Shown here: positions 19,299 to 28,885 of the stretch, piece by piece
How positions within the stretch are numbered: position 1 is the stretch's first letter
Layout of the letters: the number at the start of each line of letters is the position of its first letter
Virus record (IMG/VR): IMGVR_UViG_3300020179_000005
Coordinates: 1-64,000 of that record
Reading direction: 5' to 3' (one strand)
Length of the DNA: 64,000 nucleotides
Notes under the pieces: generated by a model
What the model was told of the DNA's origin: nothing
Databases searched by the model: none
What the model saw: only the letters and a program-made list of their open reading frames with translations
Translations under genes and position numbers: made by a program

Positions 19299-20111
19299 TT
19301 AATCTCTTTCTATTCCTATGTAATCGCATGCTTTGCGAAATATTGATTGACTTACCTTGAACTGTGCATCGGCGTGACTGTAGCCCTCTCCCGGCTTAGG
19401 AGAAGAGGCGTGCCAGCTATGACCAATCGACACAGAACCATCATACACTACATTATAGCCTAAATGCCTTGCAAAATACGAGCACCAAGTCTCTTCGTAG
19501 TAATGAGGCGTTGGAAGAAACGCTCCTTTAGCTTCAGGATATAATTCCCTATACTTAAGATTGTTTGTTAACTCATTCCATACGGATCTTCTGATAAAAT
19601 ATGCAGAACCAGATATGGTAACGCAATTAACCCTATCCCTATAAAGAGAGTCTGTTGGATCAGGCTCCATCCACCCCCTATGCCTAGGCTGAGTGTTAGT
19701 GCCTACAATTCCTGCGTGCCTTATAAGGCTATATTCATCTCTTTGTTTCGGACCAAGGATGTGTACGTTTTGTTCTTGATTAAATATTCTACAGATTTTT
19801 GTTATATCTTCGTTTGTAAACCAAACATCAGCATTAAGTAATCCTATAACACTATTCGATCCAATGGCCGCAAGCTTATTGCATGCAGCTGAATAGCCAA
19901 TGTTTTTATTTAAAGACACTCTATCTATTAAATAGTCGTCTTCTTTAGACCTAAAAAAATCTACCGTATCATCGCTTGAACCGTTATCGGCTATATATAA
20001 ATTCCAAAACTTTTCTGAATGATTTCCAGTGAATAATTGGTCGTGAAGACTGTTTAATAATCTTTCTAGTAGTGACTTAGTATTGTAGTTGACAACGCAG
20101 AGGTCTATCAT
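19299..20111 (-). CDS. Glycosyltransferase family 2
   Basis: CVVNYN, ADNGSSDDT, NIGYSAACN, LLNADV, YYEETW. Confidence 0.85.
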   Translation of the reverse strand: MIDLCVVNYNTKSLLERLLNSLHDQLFTGNHSEKFWNLYIADNGSSDDTVDFFRSKEDDYLIDRVSLNKNIGYSAACNKLAAIGSNSVIGLLNADVWFTNEDITKICRIFNQEQNVHILGPKQRDEYSLIRHAGIVGTNTQPRHRGWMEPDPTDSLYRDRVNCVTISGSAYFIRRSVWNELTNNLKYRELYPEAKGAFLPTPHYYEETWCSYFARHLGYNVVYDGSVSIGHSWHASSPKPGEGYSHADAQFKVSQSIFRKACDYIGIERD

Positions 20112-20114
20112 ACC

Positions 20115-20351
20115 TTACCATTGATCGTCATAATTATTAGAAGAGGCGTTGTTGACGTTTTCTACTGCAGAATTAACGGCGGTAATAACTCTGGCGTATA
20201 CAACTTTGTCATCTTGTGAGACTTGGCCCCTTAAAAGATTTGCATAAGTTTTCTGTATATGCATTAATATATCAAGATCTTCTATTAAAAAGGATTGACC
20301 TGGTTCAAGTTTAATAGTTACTTTTTTCTTTAAATTTGTTTTCTTACTCAC
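20115..20351 (-). CDS. Hypothetical protein
   Basis: 78-aa ORF, overlapped junctions. Confidence 0.6.
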   Translation of the reverse strand: MSKKTNLKKKVTIKLEPGQSFLIEDLDILMHIQKTYANLLRGQVSQDDKVVYARVITAVNSAVENVNNASSNNYDDQW

Positions 20352-20589
20352 TGTTTTTTTTCTTTCTCTTATTGCTTTTATTTTCTATTGCATCCATGTT
20401 TTTTGGATCTAGTTTGTGGACACACACATTCTGAGTATCCGGTTCGTATGTTATGAAAAAAATATGCTTGTCTTTTTCCGACACTCCTTCCGGAGGAGGA
20501 GATTCGACAGCTATTTTGTCAGAAGAAGAACCATAAACCTGACTATGATTATCGTAAACGATGATGTAATTTAATTTAGAGGCTGGCAT
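20344..20589 (-). CDS. Hypothetical protein
   Basis: 81-aa ORF. Confidence 0.6.
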   Translation of the reverse strand: MPASKLNYIIVYDNHSQVYGSSSDKIAVESPPPEGVSEKDKHIFFITYEPDTQNVCVHKLDPKNMDAIENKSNKRKKKNSE

Positions 20590-20760
20590 TTATATAAAAA
20601 ATACTATCAAAAGAGACATTAAAAAACCGGACAATGCTGCAAGAAACAAAGACAATCTTCTTTGTTTTTGATCCTCTAATATTTGAGAAAGGGTATTTAA
20701 ATTAAGGCCCCAACTAAATAAGATGGTAAACAAGATAACAAAAACTATTTTGTTAAACAT
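20590..20760 (-). CDS. 56-aa two-TM membrane protein
   Basis: Manual translation MFNKIVFVILFTILFSWGLNLNTLSQILEDQKQRRLSLFLAALSGFLMSLLIVFFI. Confidence 0.6.
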   Translation of the reverse strand: MFNKIVFVILFTILFSWGLNLNTLSQILEDQKQRRLSLFLAALSGFLMSLLIVFFI

Positions 20761-21466
20761 TTCTATTCACCAAACAAGACATTGATACTGGAAAGTGAGG
20801 AGTAACAAGTTCGTCAATTACTTTTGCATATTCTACTATTTCCCATTGAGCATCAGGGGAAAGTCTTTGATTCAAAAACAGAGAAACAGATTGCAGGCTA
20901 CACGACCATCTATAGACTACGTGCATTCCGTAGGCCGCAAGAAACAGTCTTGCCTGCTCTGGAGCCACCCCATTGTTCATGGCCATTTTGTACAGCGCCT
21001 CGCCCTGAGCAACGTACTTAGAGAGCTCCTCCGTTAAAACAGATCCAGTCCATGGATCTATTGGTCCACCAGAGCCTTGTTTTTTGTCCTCTGGTGCCAA
21101 ACGCCATTTTTCTGAACTTGGAATATAGAATTCCGGCTCCATAGTTATGTATCTTCTTGAAGACTCATTCCAAGAATCCATTGTATGATCTGAGCCAACA
21201 ACGTATTTCCAGTGCTGTCGCGCCACAAATAAAGGCGCTTTTAATTCAAGGGTTACAAAGGCATGTCTAAACGGGGACATATGATTTTCTCTAGCCAAAA
21301 AACTAATTAATCTTGCATCAGACGTGGACATCTCTTTGCTCTCTTTGGCAAAGGAGGCTCTTGCTGCGTTAGCCACAGACAAATCAGACCCCATTTTATC
21401 CACAAGTCTGACATAGCCATTCCCCAAAACAGACCTAGTATCTTCTAAGTGGGCTATATTTTCCAT
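20753..21466 (-). CDS. thyX: Flavin-dependent thymidylate synthase
   Basis: HMSPFRH, APLFVARQHWKY, WNESSRRY, LNQRL...AQWEI. Confidence 0.9.
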   Translation of the reverse strand: MENIAHLEDTRSVLGNGYVRLVDKMGSDLSVANAARASFAKESKEMSTSDARLISFLARENHMSPFRHAFVTLELKAPLFVARQHWKYVVGSDHTMDSWNESSRRYITMEPEFYIPSSEKWRLAPEDKKQGSGGPIDPWTGSVLTEELSKYVAQGEALYKMAMNNGVAPEQARLFLAAYGMHVVYRWSCSLQSVSLFLNQRLSPDAQWEIVEYAKVIDELVTPHFPVSMSCLVNRNV

Positions 21467-21515
21467 AGGCTTATATTATACCACAATATCTGTGAATTAA
21501 TTGATCTTATTTTCC

Positions 21516-23618
21516 TTATTTATCTTTTAAAAACTTAATTTCACATGAATCTGTAGTGCAATATCTTTCGCCTATAGCATCTGAAGCCAATCCCGCATAA
21601 ACGCCACTAAGATCGATTGGAAAAAGCTTATCTACCTGATCTAGATATTCTTGCTCTGATATTTGAGTATAGGGCATTTGGGGATATGTATCATTGCCAC
21701 TTGGTAAAAATGATACGGTTTTTAACTGACCGTCGTGCATGTGCAGAACCGTACCAATATACTTAGATTCGGTGTCTTTGTCGAATGAAACTGTAACCGA
21801 AACAGAATTATCTGACCAATATCTCTGAGCCGTAGTAGCTAAGGCCATTTTTTCAAATATTGTTACGTCTTTTTCTGATCTAACGGCATCAGATTTAATT
21901 GGAAAATAAACCACAGAAGTTGTGTCCGGAGATTCCGCTGCCGGTTCTACTTTATAATTTGCCATTTTAAAAAGCGGAAGCATAGGGTCTTCGTTAGAAA
22001 ATCTGATTGTTCTATTAAAAAACTTACCACCTGGTGTCCAGTGAACACCGGGAGATTCTCCGGCAAGAATAGAAACTGTACCGGATGGCTTAACCGTTGT
22101 CATTTTAATTGATTCCCTAATCCCAAGCCATTCAGAATACACATTGTCGTATCTTTGAATTGTTTTGTATCCTTGATTCATCCACTCTTTTAGAATCGGC
22201 ATACCGTGACGATCAGCGAAGTTAGCAACTCCAGACATAGACGCACCTATTCTTCTATTTCTTTGCATAATTGCATTGGTTTCTTCCCAGTGAGTTGGAA
22301 GTAACGTCACTGTTTTTGCATAAAGATATGCAAATTTGAGTGTTCTTTTATAATCCTCTAAATCATCGTGTCTTCCAAGATATGTCTCAACCAATGTGCA
22401 ACATTCGTATGATTCAAGTGATTGTTCTGCACAGGGATTATATCCAGCGACTCTGTGATCCTTGTTGTTGGGTGGGTCAATTAATCTTCCATACTTTCTG
22501 GATACATCCATCCAAATAACTCCCGGCTCTCCATTCATAGATATGCCGTCAATTATTGGGGACAAATCTGTACCGACCTCTGTTTCAACAGAATTGTTTG
22601 ACATCCAACCCCAACCAGGATTTTGCGGATCATAAGAATTTCTTTCAGGAAAGATTTCAGAATTCTTTAGGTTAAGAAAGTCTTTGTCGTCTATTCTCCC
22701 TATTAGGAGCTCAGCCGAACGACGAACATTGCCAGATACCACGCAAACACCAATTAGATTTCCCAAATCTGCTATATCTTTTCTGGTAAGTTTTTGTTCA
22801 TTTCTTGATAAAAAGAGTTTTCTAATAGCTGAATGCAACTTTTCTAATGGAGCTGGACCAGAAGCTGTTCCTCCAAAGGTTTTTATTGGAGTTCCAAATG
22901 GGCGTATCATGGAATAGTCAAATTCTATTTCATTTTGATCTGGTTTTAGATATGAATTTATCAAAGACGCAACAGAGTTAACCCAACCCTCTCTTGAGTC
23001 TTCTATCGTCTCAATCTGCTTTGTTTTATTCGGTTTATATATTTGGAATTCCTTGTCAGAACCCTTATCATCAAATCCAACTCCAACTCCCAACATAGAA
23101 GCCTCCATTAAAAATGCAAATGGTTTTGCTGGATTTAATTTTGTCATCTCTAAAGTAGAAACAAATGCACAGTTTTGAAGGGCAGCGGAGTTCTTTTGCG
23201 TATTTACCAGCTCGGTGCCCATGACCCATAACCCTCGTCCTGGCGGAGTCCATTTTAGGTTGAACAACCTATCAAAGGCTTCCTTTGCTGAAGCTTGAGC
23301 TTTGGCGTCGTTCCACGGAAGTCTGTTTTTCTTACAGTGATCTTTTTGAAGAGAGTACATTCCATTTATAACTCGTTCGCAAACATCTACCCAGGTTTCT
23401 TTTGTCTTGTCGGTCTTTAAACGAGAATAGGTGCGCAAGAAAGTAATTTCTCCAACAGAGTTTCCACCAGCATCCCTATACCCAAAAGGAGCCTTTTTTT
23501 CTTTATATGAATTTATAAAATCATCTGTTAATTTAAAAGAAAATATTGATACCGTTCTATCAATTGCGTTTGCTAGATTGGCATTTCCAACTTCTGTATC
23601 TTCAATTATTTCTGTCAT
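21516..23618 (-). CDS. nrdJ: Class II (B12-dependent) ribonucleoside-triphosphate reductase
   Basis: TPPGRGLW, LQNCAF, VSGNVRRSA, GYNPCAEQSLESYECCTLVE, TTVKPSGT, C-terminal CTTDSC. Confidence 0.9.
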   Translation of the reverse strand: MTEIIEDTEVGNANLANAIDRTVSIFSFKLTDDFINSYKEKKAPFGYRDAGGNSVGEITFLRTYSRLKTDKTKETWVDVCERVINGMYSLQKDHCKKNRLPWNDAKAQASAKEAFDRLFNLKWTPPGRGLWVMGTELVNTQKNSAALQNCAFVSTLEMTKLNPAKPFAFLMEASMLGVGVGFDDKGSDKEFQIYKPNKTKQIETIEDSREGWVNSVASLINSYLKPDQNEIEFDYSMIRPFGTPIKTFGGTASGPAPLEKLHSAIRKLFLSRNEQKLTRKDIADLGNLIGVCVVSGNVRRSAELLIGRIDDKDFLNLKNSEIFPERNSYDPQNPGWGWMSNNSVETEVGTDLSPIIDGISMNGEPGVIWMDVSRKYGRLIDPPNNKDHRVAGYNPCAEQSLESYECCTLVETYLGRHDDLEDYKRTLKFAYLYAKTVTLLPTHWEETNAIMQRNRRIGASMSGVANFADRHGMPILKEWMNQGYKTIQRYDNVYSEWLGIRESIKMTTVKPSGTVSILAGESPGVHWTPGGKFFNRTIRFSNEDPMLPLFKMANYKVEPAAESPDTTSVVYFPIKSDAVRSEKDVTIFEKMALATTAQRYWSDNSVSVTVSFDKDTESKYIGTVLHMHDGQLKTVSFLPSGNDTYPQMPYTQISEQEYLDQVDKLFPIDLSGVYAGLASDAIGERYCTTDSCEIKFLKDK

Positions 23619-23626
23619 ATTTTCTC

Positions 23627-24325
23627 CTAACTAATAATTCTTTTAATATATTTTGGATTTGTTTTTTTAATTTCTGTTGTCTTAATTTTAATGATATCTT
23701 CCATTGAATAAATCTTATGTATTTCTTTTTCAAAAAAATAACCACTTCTCCAACTAAATATCTTTTCTATATTATTTTTGTGATTCATAAACACATTACA
23801 TATTACTGCACCGCCGTAGGCTTTAACAAGATTAAATACCTTTGGCTCAAGATTTTTAAGCTCCTCAAATGATAATTTACCTTTGTCTCTACATTTTTCG
23901 TATAACCAATTAAAAGCTTGCCTATTCATAGGAGAAACGTCTACTGGATCAATAACTCCAAGTTTTATTATATCATTTCTTTTTTGCGTTATTTCTATAT
24001 CATTCTTGATGTTTTTTTTGTAATCTAAAAACCAATCTTTTTTATTGAATTGTTCCCATCCTGTACACCAAAACAATATATTTTCTGGAGGATTAGGTAT
24101 AGTAGTACCTTCCTCATATGAAATTAATGTGGCACAAGAGATAGCTTTTTTAACATGGTTTTTTCTTTGCTCTTCTGTAGGCATTTTTTTGCCAGAGCTA
24201 TTCCACAGAGATCTTATATGATATTTCCAATCAACTGTTGCCACAAATATATTTAAATATTTTTCTGCAACGTCCATTGGTATGATGTCTTGTTCTACGA
24301 CTTTTTTAAGATCATCTAAAGACAT
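23627..24325 (-). CDS. Hypothetical protein
   Basis: 232-aa ORF with GAGG RBS. Confidence 0.7.
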   Translation of the reverse strand: MSLDDLKKVVEQDIIPMDVAEKYLNIFVATVDWKYHIRSLWNSSGKKMPTEEQRKNHVKKAISCATLISYEEGTTIPNPPENILFWCTGWEQFNKKDWFLDYKKNIKNDIEITQKRNDIIKLGVIDPVDVSPMNRQAFNWLYEKCRDKGKLSFEELKNLEPKVFNLVKAYGGAVICNVFMNHKNNIEKIFSWRSGYFFEKEIHKIYSMEDIIKIKTTEIKKTNPKYIKRIIS

Positions 24326-24369
24326 TCATAATCCCTCATAAAACTATCTAAACTCATAAAACTTTCAAA

Positions 24370-24406
24370 CCAAAAGATAATCCCGCCTGGTTTTACCCAG
24401 ACGGGA
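24370..24406 (-). terminator. Rho-independent terminator-like hairpin at the structural/metabolic module boundary
   Basis: Minus strand UCCCGUCUGG-GUAAAA-CCAGGCGGGA (one G-U pair) followed by UUAUCUUUUGGUUU. Confidence 0.65.
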
Positions 24407-24473
24407 CCTGTCTCATAGCTCACTGGCCTCCGCGCATCCAATTATATCATACTGAAACCAGAAATATGTATTG

Positions 24474-25061
24474 TTACAAAGCTTTTGCCGAAGGAACTCC
24501 GTTGTACTCTCCAACCTTGTTTCTGCCGTATTCCGAAGAAGTATTGGCTTGACCGTATCCTTCTGGAAATACGTTTGTAGAAGTAACTCCATCAAACTCA
24601 TAATTATTATAAAGACCGTAGTCCGTCACTCTTTTTGCGTGACCGTAACCCGAAGCAAAAATTTCCGACGAAGTTACACCATCAAAAAAGTAATTTGAAT
24701 AGAGGGAATACGACCTAGTCTTATCGGAAGCGTGTCCGTAATTGGCGCTAAACGCTGCAGATACGCCCTTGAATTCCATTGGCCTAAATCTTCCACCGGC
24801 GTACCCAACGCCGTTGGCAAATGTGCCAGACAGCGGATGGATATAAAGAGTAGACCCAGTGAAAATTTGAGAAAGCAAAAGATTACCAGGATGCCTGCCC
24901 GTTCCAGGAACGTGATCATTATCTGGCGCTCCAGTTAAAAGACCAGGGGCAAACAATGGATAAAACGAATATTTGCCTGCTGTGCCCTTAAATACATTAA
25001 CCATATCTGTCGTGCTGCGACCCCTAAGAACCGGTCTTGGGCCAACATAAAAAGTTGCCAT
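24474..25061 (-). CDS. Gly/Tyr-rich repeat protein, probably virion-associated
   Basis: 195 aa; AAGGAG RBS; ~30-aa internal repeats. Confidence 0.7.
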   Translation of the reverse strand: MATFYVGPRPVLRGRSTTDMVNVFKGTAGKYSFYPLFAPGLLTGAPDNDHVPGTGRHPGNLLLSQIFTGSTLYIHPLSGTFANGVGYAGGRFRPMEFKGVSAAFSANYGHASDKTRSYSLYSNYFFDGVTSSEIFASGYGHAKRVTDYGLYNNYEFDGVTSTNVFPEGYGQANTSSEYGRNKVGEYNGVPSAKAL

Positions 25062-25108
25062 TATCTTATTCTCCTTGATGTTAAAGGTATTCGGTGTCTA
25101 TATAGTAA

Positions 25109-26362
25109 TTAGTTATAGCTTATTACTAAGTCTGAAAGGACCGGAGAGGTCTTATCGTCGAGCATATTTAGCGTTACTTCAACCCAAACGCTGCTTGATG
25201 CCCCCGGATTACTAAGGGAATACACTCCCGAATCATTATAAATAACCCTATAGCTGAACGCATTTGACATTTGACTAAGGGGAACATTATAAATAGAGGG
25301 CTCTACATCGGTAATTTCATTTATCATTTGTCCCTGTGGAGCAGTAAACTTAAGTATAGTTTTTCCAGACGGAAGAAATTTATCGCATCTAATATCGAAA
25401 TCCGAAAGACCATAGGTGTAAATATATTTATTTAATTCTTTAAAATAATTTTTTTGGTTCATTTTTATTCTTATTGCAGTTATGTTTTTTTCTGCAAAAT
25501 AAAATATAAGTGGTCCAGAATTATATATTGTATCCGAACCAAGAGTTGACCATCCACCGGGAGCCACTTTGCCTATAGCATCTTGGACATTATTGTATAG
25601 GCCGGTTGAATTTAAGGGAATCCATGAATCAGATTCGGCCAAAACTGGAGCTGGATTGGTTGTATATTGTATGGAGGATATATCAACAGAATACATCGGA
25701 TATGGATTTATCTTTATGCAATTTACTTTTGTAGATCCGGTAAACTCAGACGGTATTTTTACATAAAACATCATTTGAGCTCCGGAGACAGAAGATTCTT
25801 CAGAAATAATACTTCTTTTCCAAACCTTATTTGGATCGTCTAGTATGGCATTGTAAACCGGGGTAGTTGAAATGACGCTTCCTACACTGTCTGCGCCAAC
25901 AAAACTATTGTCTATTTTTGTCTTAAAAAAATCTGGTACTAGTTGACCAACAGAAGAATTAAAAAATTTTAATTTTGAAACAGAAGAGCCGCTGATTTTT
26001 GGTAGTGTTATTGCATTATAGTATGGGTCAAAGGATAAAAGTTCGCTTGATCCTATGGCAAAACTTGTTCCCGTAAGACTGACATAATCTAGTTGAGAAA
26101 ATGAATGAATTGATATTCTTTTTTCGGCGGCTTCTAAAGCAGCAATTCTATCCGATAAATCTTTTACGAAGTTTCCTAAAAACATTTGATCCTTGATAAC
26201 TCTTTCAAAGGATTCGGCTAGTTTTGAGTCAACTATTTTTATCTTATTATACAGATGTAACAAGTCTCTATAATTTTCTTCTATTCTAGAGTTTTGATCT
26301 GCGCTATCGATAGGTCCTCTGTATTGAGCGCTTCTCTTTTTTGTGTGAATTGTATCTGACAT
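25109..26362 (-). CDS. Putative virion structural protein
   Basis: Long ORF in the structural operon; N-terminal coiled-coil, beta-rich remainder. Confidence 0.55.
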   Translation of the reverse strand: MSDTIHTKKRSAQYRGPIDSADQNSRIEENYRDLLHLYNKIKIVDSKLAESFERVIKDQMFLGNFVKDLSDRIAALEAAEKRISIHSFSQLDYVSLTGTSFAIGSSELLSFDPYYNAITLPKISGSSVSKLKFFNSSVGQLVPDFFKTKIDNSFVGADSVGSVISTTPVYNAILDDPNKVWKRSIISEESSVSGAQMMFYVKIPSEFTGSTKVNCIKINPYPMYSVDISSIQYTTNPAPVLAESDSWIPLNSTGLYNNVQDAIGKVAPGGWSTLGSDTIYNSGPLIFYFAEKNITAIRIKMNQKNYFKELNKYIYTYGLSDFDIRCDKFLPSGKTILKFTAPQGQMINEITDVEPSIYNVPLSQMSNAFSYRVIYNDSGVYSLSNPGASSSVWVEVTLNMLDDKTSPVLSDLVISYN

Positions 26363-26363
26363 A

Positions 26364-26747
26364 TTAATTACCACTCTCTAATTTTTTAATTTTACTCTCT
26401 AGTCTTTTTAGTTTTCCGGAAATTCTACTCAAAGTATCAATAATCATGTCTTGCTCATCTTCATCTATGGATACTGTTATGTCGCCTAAATCATAAACGC
26501 TTCCATCGTCTGTATTTTGGTAAATTGATTCACTTGAAACTTGACCTACGAGATTTTTGCTTAGGTCATCTATTGTATTTTTTATTAGTTCAGTTGAGTT
26601 TTTTATTCTATGAAAATTTACTATAAGAGAATTCATTTCTAAATTATTTTCGAGACTAGACCTAGAACCCCTGTATGGGTTTCTTGATCTTGTAAACATT
26701 GGCTCTTTAATGCTAAAGGATTGTTCTATCGAAAAAGTTTTAGGCAT
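26364..26747 (-). CDS. Coiled-coil putative virion protein
   Basis: 127 aa; RNPYRGSRSS N-terminus resembles the QYRGP motif of the neighbouring gene. Confidence 0.5.
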   Translation of the reverse strand: MPKTFSIEQSFSIKEPMFTRSRNPYRGSRSSLENNLEMNSLIVNFHRIKNSTELIKNTIDDLSKNLVGQVSSESIYQNTDDGSVYDLGDITVSIDEDEQDMIIDTLSRISGKLKRLESKIKKLESGN

Positions 26748-26749
26748 AT

Positions 26750-28885
26750 TTATAATTCTCCATGTTTAAATTTTACTCTTATAGATTCTAACATTGGGGA
26801 ACAGTAAGGGTTGTCGTATCTATTTAAATCAACCCTGTATCTTATAGAAGATACGTTTAGTTTGTTCTTTAAGGTAAATATAAAGTTAGAATCACCCATT
26901 ATTTCTTTGGCGCAAAGGAGCTCTTTTCTTCCAAATATAGTATCTATAGTAAAGAAATAATTATCATTAGTTGCCCTATTTTGAAATTCAATTGGATCAA
27001 GATGGGTAAACTTCTCAGTAAATATTGTGCCATATCTAGAAAGATTTAAGCCCTCAATTAGAGAAAAGTTTATTTGACCAACGTATTCTTTATCGTAAGT
27101 TATTTTTAATTTATTTTCACCCTCGGTAAAATTCCATTGGATAGCCTTGGTTTTTAAGCCTTCGGGTAGATCCGCAATTAATTTTCCATTTAGATAAATA
27201 GCCAAAGCAAAGTCCGAAGATGACTTAACTACGGTGTGGGTAATCACAGATGCTGAAGATCTCATTATTGAACAGCTAATATGCCCGGATGAGGCTTGGT
27301 TTATACCCGGAATTATTGAACCGGTTTGTTCTCTTAGGATTGAATAAAGAAGGTTACTGGGTTTTTCTTTTAATTGGTTACTCCAAAACTGCAGATCTTT
27401 ATAATTGCCTTGCTTTGGTTGTTGTAGATTTACAATATAATGATGATTAAAACAATTTACTCCGCCCAATAATAATGGATTATAATAATCTAAGGTTGAA
27501 TCAAGTGCAGCTATTCTGTAAACGTTTTTGTCTAAATATATTCTTGTACTTGGATTCAATTCATTGGCGTTTTTTGCTTCTGTTTTTATGGGTATGTAAG
27601 AAATCGTATCCTTACCAGGTGCCGTTTTTATTGGTATGGTTATCCTTGACGAGCCATCAAGGTATACTGTCGACGGATATCCGGCTCTTTCGGAACCAGT
27701 TGGACTTATTGGTACCCAGGCAAAATCGGATATGCTTTCAGCTGAAGGATTATTGGGGGCTACATAATAATTAATTGATGTCTTTTCGTCTATTTCTTCG
27801 GAAGACTCTATTGATACTGCGTCTATCACTAAGCTTGAATTTTTTTCAACAGGAAGAGACAAAGGAGAAGATACAAGAATACCCGATTTTGCATAGTATT
27901 TAGATCCAATTATCAAATCTCTCACGCCAAACTTATAAATATATGGTGAATCTGTGTCTTCTTTTATGTAGTCTGGTTCATTTTTTTGCAAAATTATTTC
28001 AATAGAAGAATATCTGTCGGAAGGAATTGCAAAAGAGAAAGACCCATAATCTCCCTTTGAATTTTTTGATTTAAAAACGGTGCCCTTAGTAGCATCTTGA
28101 TAATTTGCTTTTACGTTAACACTTATTGGAGAAGATGTCAATAAGATTCCATCTATTTTAGATATAATAGAAAAAACCGAAATTGGAATTAAAATAGACA
28201 ACGAAACAGTTTGGGGTGATTTTAGAGAAACAGTATGATTCCAATATGTATCAGTTAATCCATCAAAGACATTTAAAAAATTAGTTGAATCTACGGTGTC
28301 GGGAGTTTTTTGACCATTAATGTAAACCGCAAATTCCGGTTCAACACTAGTCAAATTATCTAGGGTAATTATATTGAACTGTTCGGATTGTAATTTTGAT
28401 AAGGTTACGTTTTTTAAATTTGTATCGACAAATGCAGAATCCGTCAAAGACAAATCTATCTTATCTGTCTTTGAAAAATTTTCCGTATAGGAATAGAAAT
28501 ATCCATCCGTATTGTTATTTGCAAAAATAAGATCATCAACCATGGACTCTAGTTGTGATCTTTTTTCTCTTAAACCTTGTAGTTTTTTGTTCAATGAAGT
28601 AACAGTTGAAAATAGTTTTTCATTATTCTCCAACATTGATTCATACAAAACGTCTACGTTGAAAACGGTATTGGCCATTATCTCATTTAAAACATCAACA
28701 TCTGTTTTTGACAACGACCTAATTACATTGTAATTAATATTGATTGGAAAACCTGGAGTATTAATAGAAAAATATTCATTAAACAAAGACCTAACCATTG
28801 ATTGATTTATGGATGATCCAGACGAATATATGAGTTTATATATGTTGTTTAAAAACCTTCTTTTTTGAATAGTAGCTATATTCAT
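26750..28885 (-). CDS. Putative virion structural protein (711 aa)
   Basis: Intact ORF; shares layout with neighbours (helical N-terminus, N..DG...T.W sandwich motif, AWVPISP). Confidence 0.55.
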   Translation of the reverse strand: MNIATIQKRRFLNNIYKLIYSSGSSINQSMVRSLFNEYFSINTPGFPININYNVIRSLSKTDVDVLNEIMANTVFNVDVLYESMLENNEKLFSTVTSLNKKLQGLREKRSQLESMVDDLIFANNNTDGYFYSYTENFSKTDKIDLSLTDSAFVDTNLKNVTLSKLQSEQFNIITLDNLTSVEPEFAVYINGQKTPDTVDSTNFLNVFDGLTDTYWNHTVSLKSPQTVSLSILIPISVFSIISKIDGILLTSSPISVNVKANYQDATKGTVFKSKNSKGDYGSFSFAIPSDRYSSIEIILQKNEPDYIKEDTDSPYIYKFGVRDLIIGSKYYAKSGILVSSPLSLPVEKNSSLVIDAVSIESSEEIDEKTSINYYVAPNNPSAESISDFAWVPISPTGSERAGYPSTVYLDGSSRITIPIKTAPGKDTISYIPIKTEAKNANELNPSTRIYLDKNVYRIAALDSTLDYYNPLLLGGVNCFNHHYIVNLQQPKQGNYKDLQFWSNQLKEKPSNLLYSILREQTGSIIPGINQASSGHISCSIMRSSASVITHTVVKSSSDFALAIYLNGKLIADLPEGLKTKAIQWNFTEGENKLKITYDKEYVGQINFSLIEGLNLSRYGTIFTEKFTHLDPIEFQNRATNDNYFFTIDTIFGRKELLCAKEIMGDSNFIFTLKNKLNVSSIRYRVDLNRYDNPYCSPMLESIRVKFKHGEL

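Noticed and set aside
8372-23618. Inteins or introns in dnaE, helicase or nrdJ
   Set aside because: Corrected lengths and motif spacing are normal; no C/S...HN splice motifs or homing endonuclease insert.
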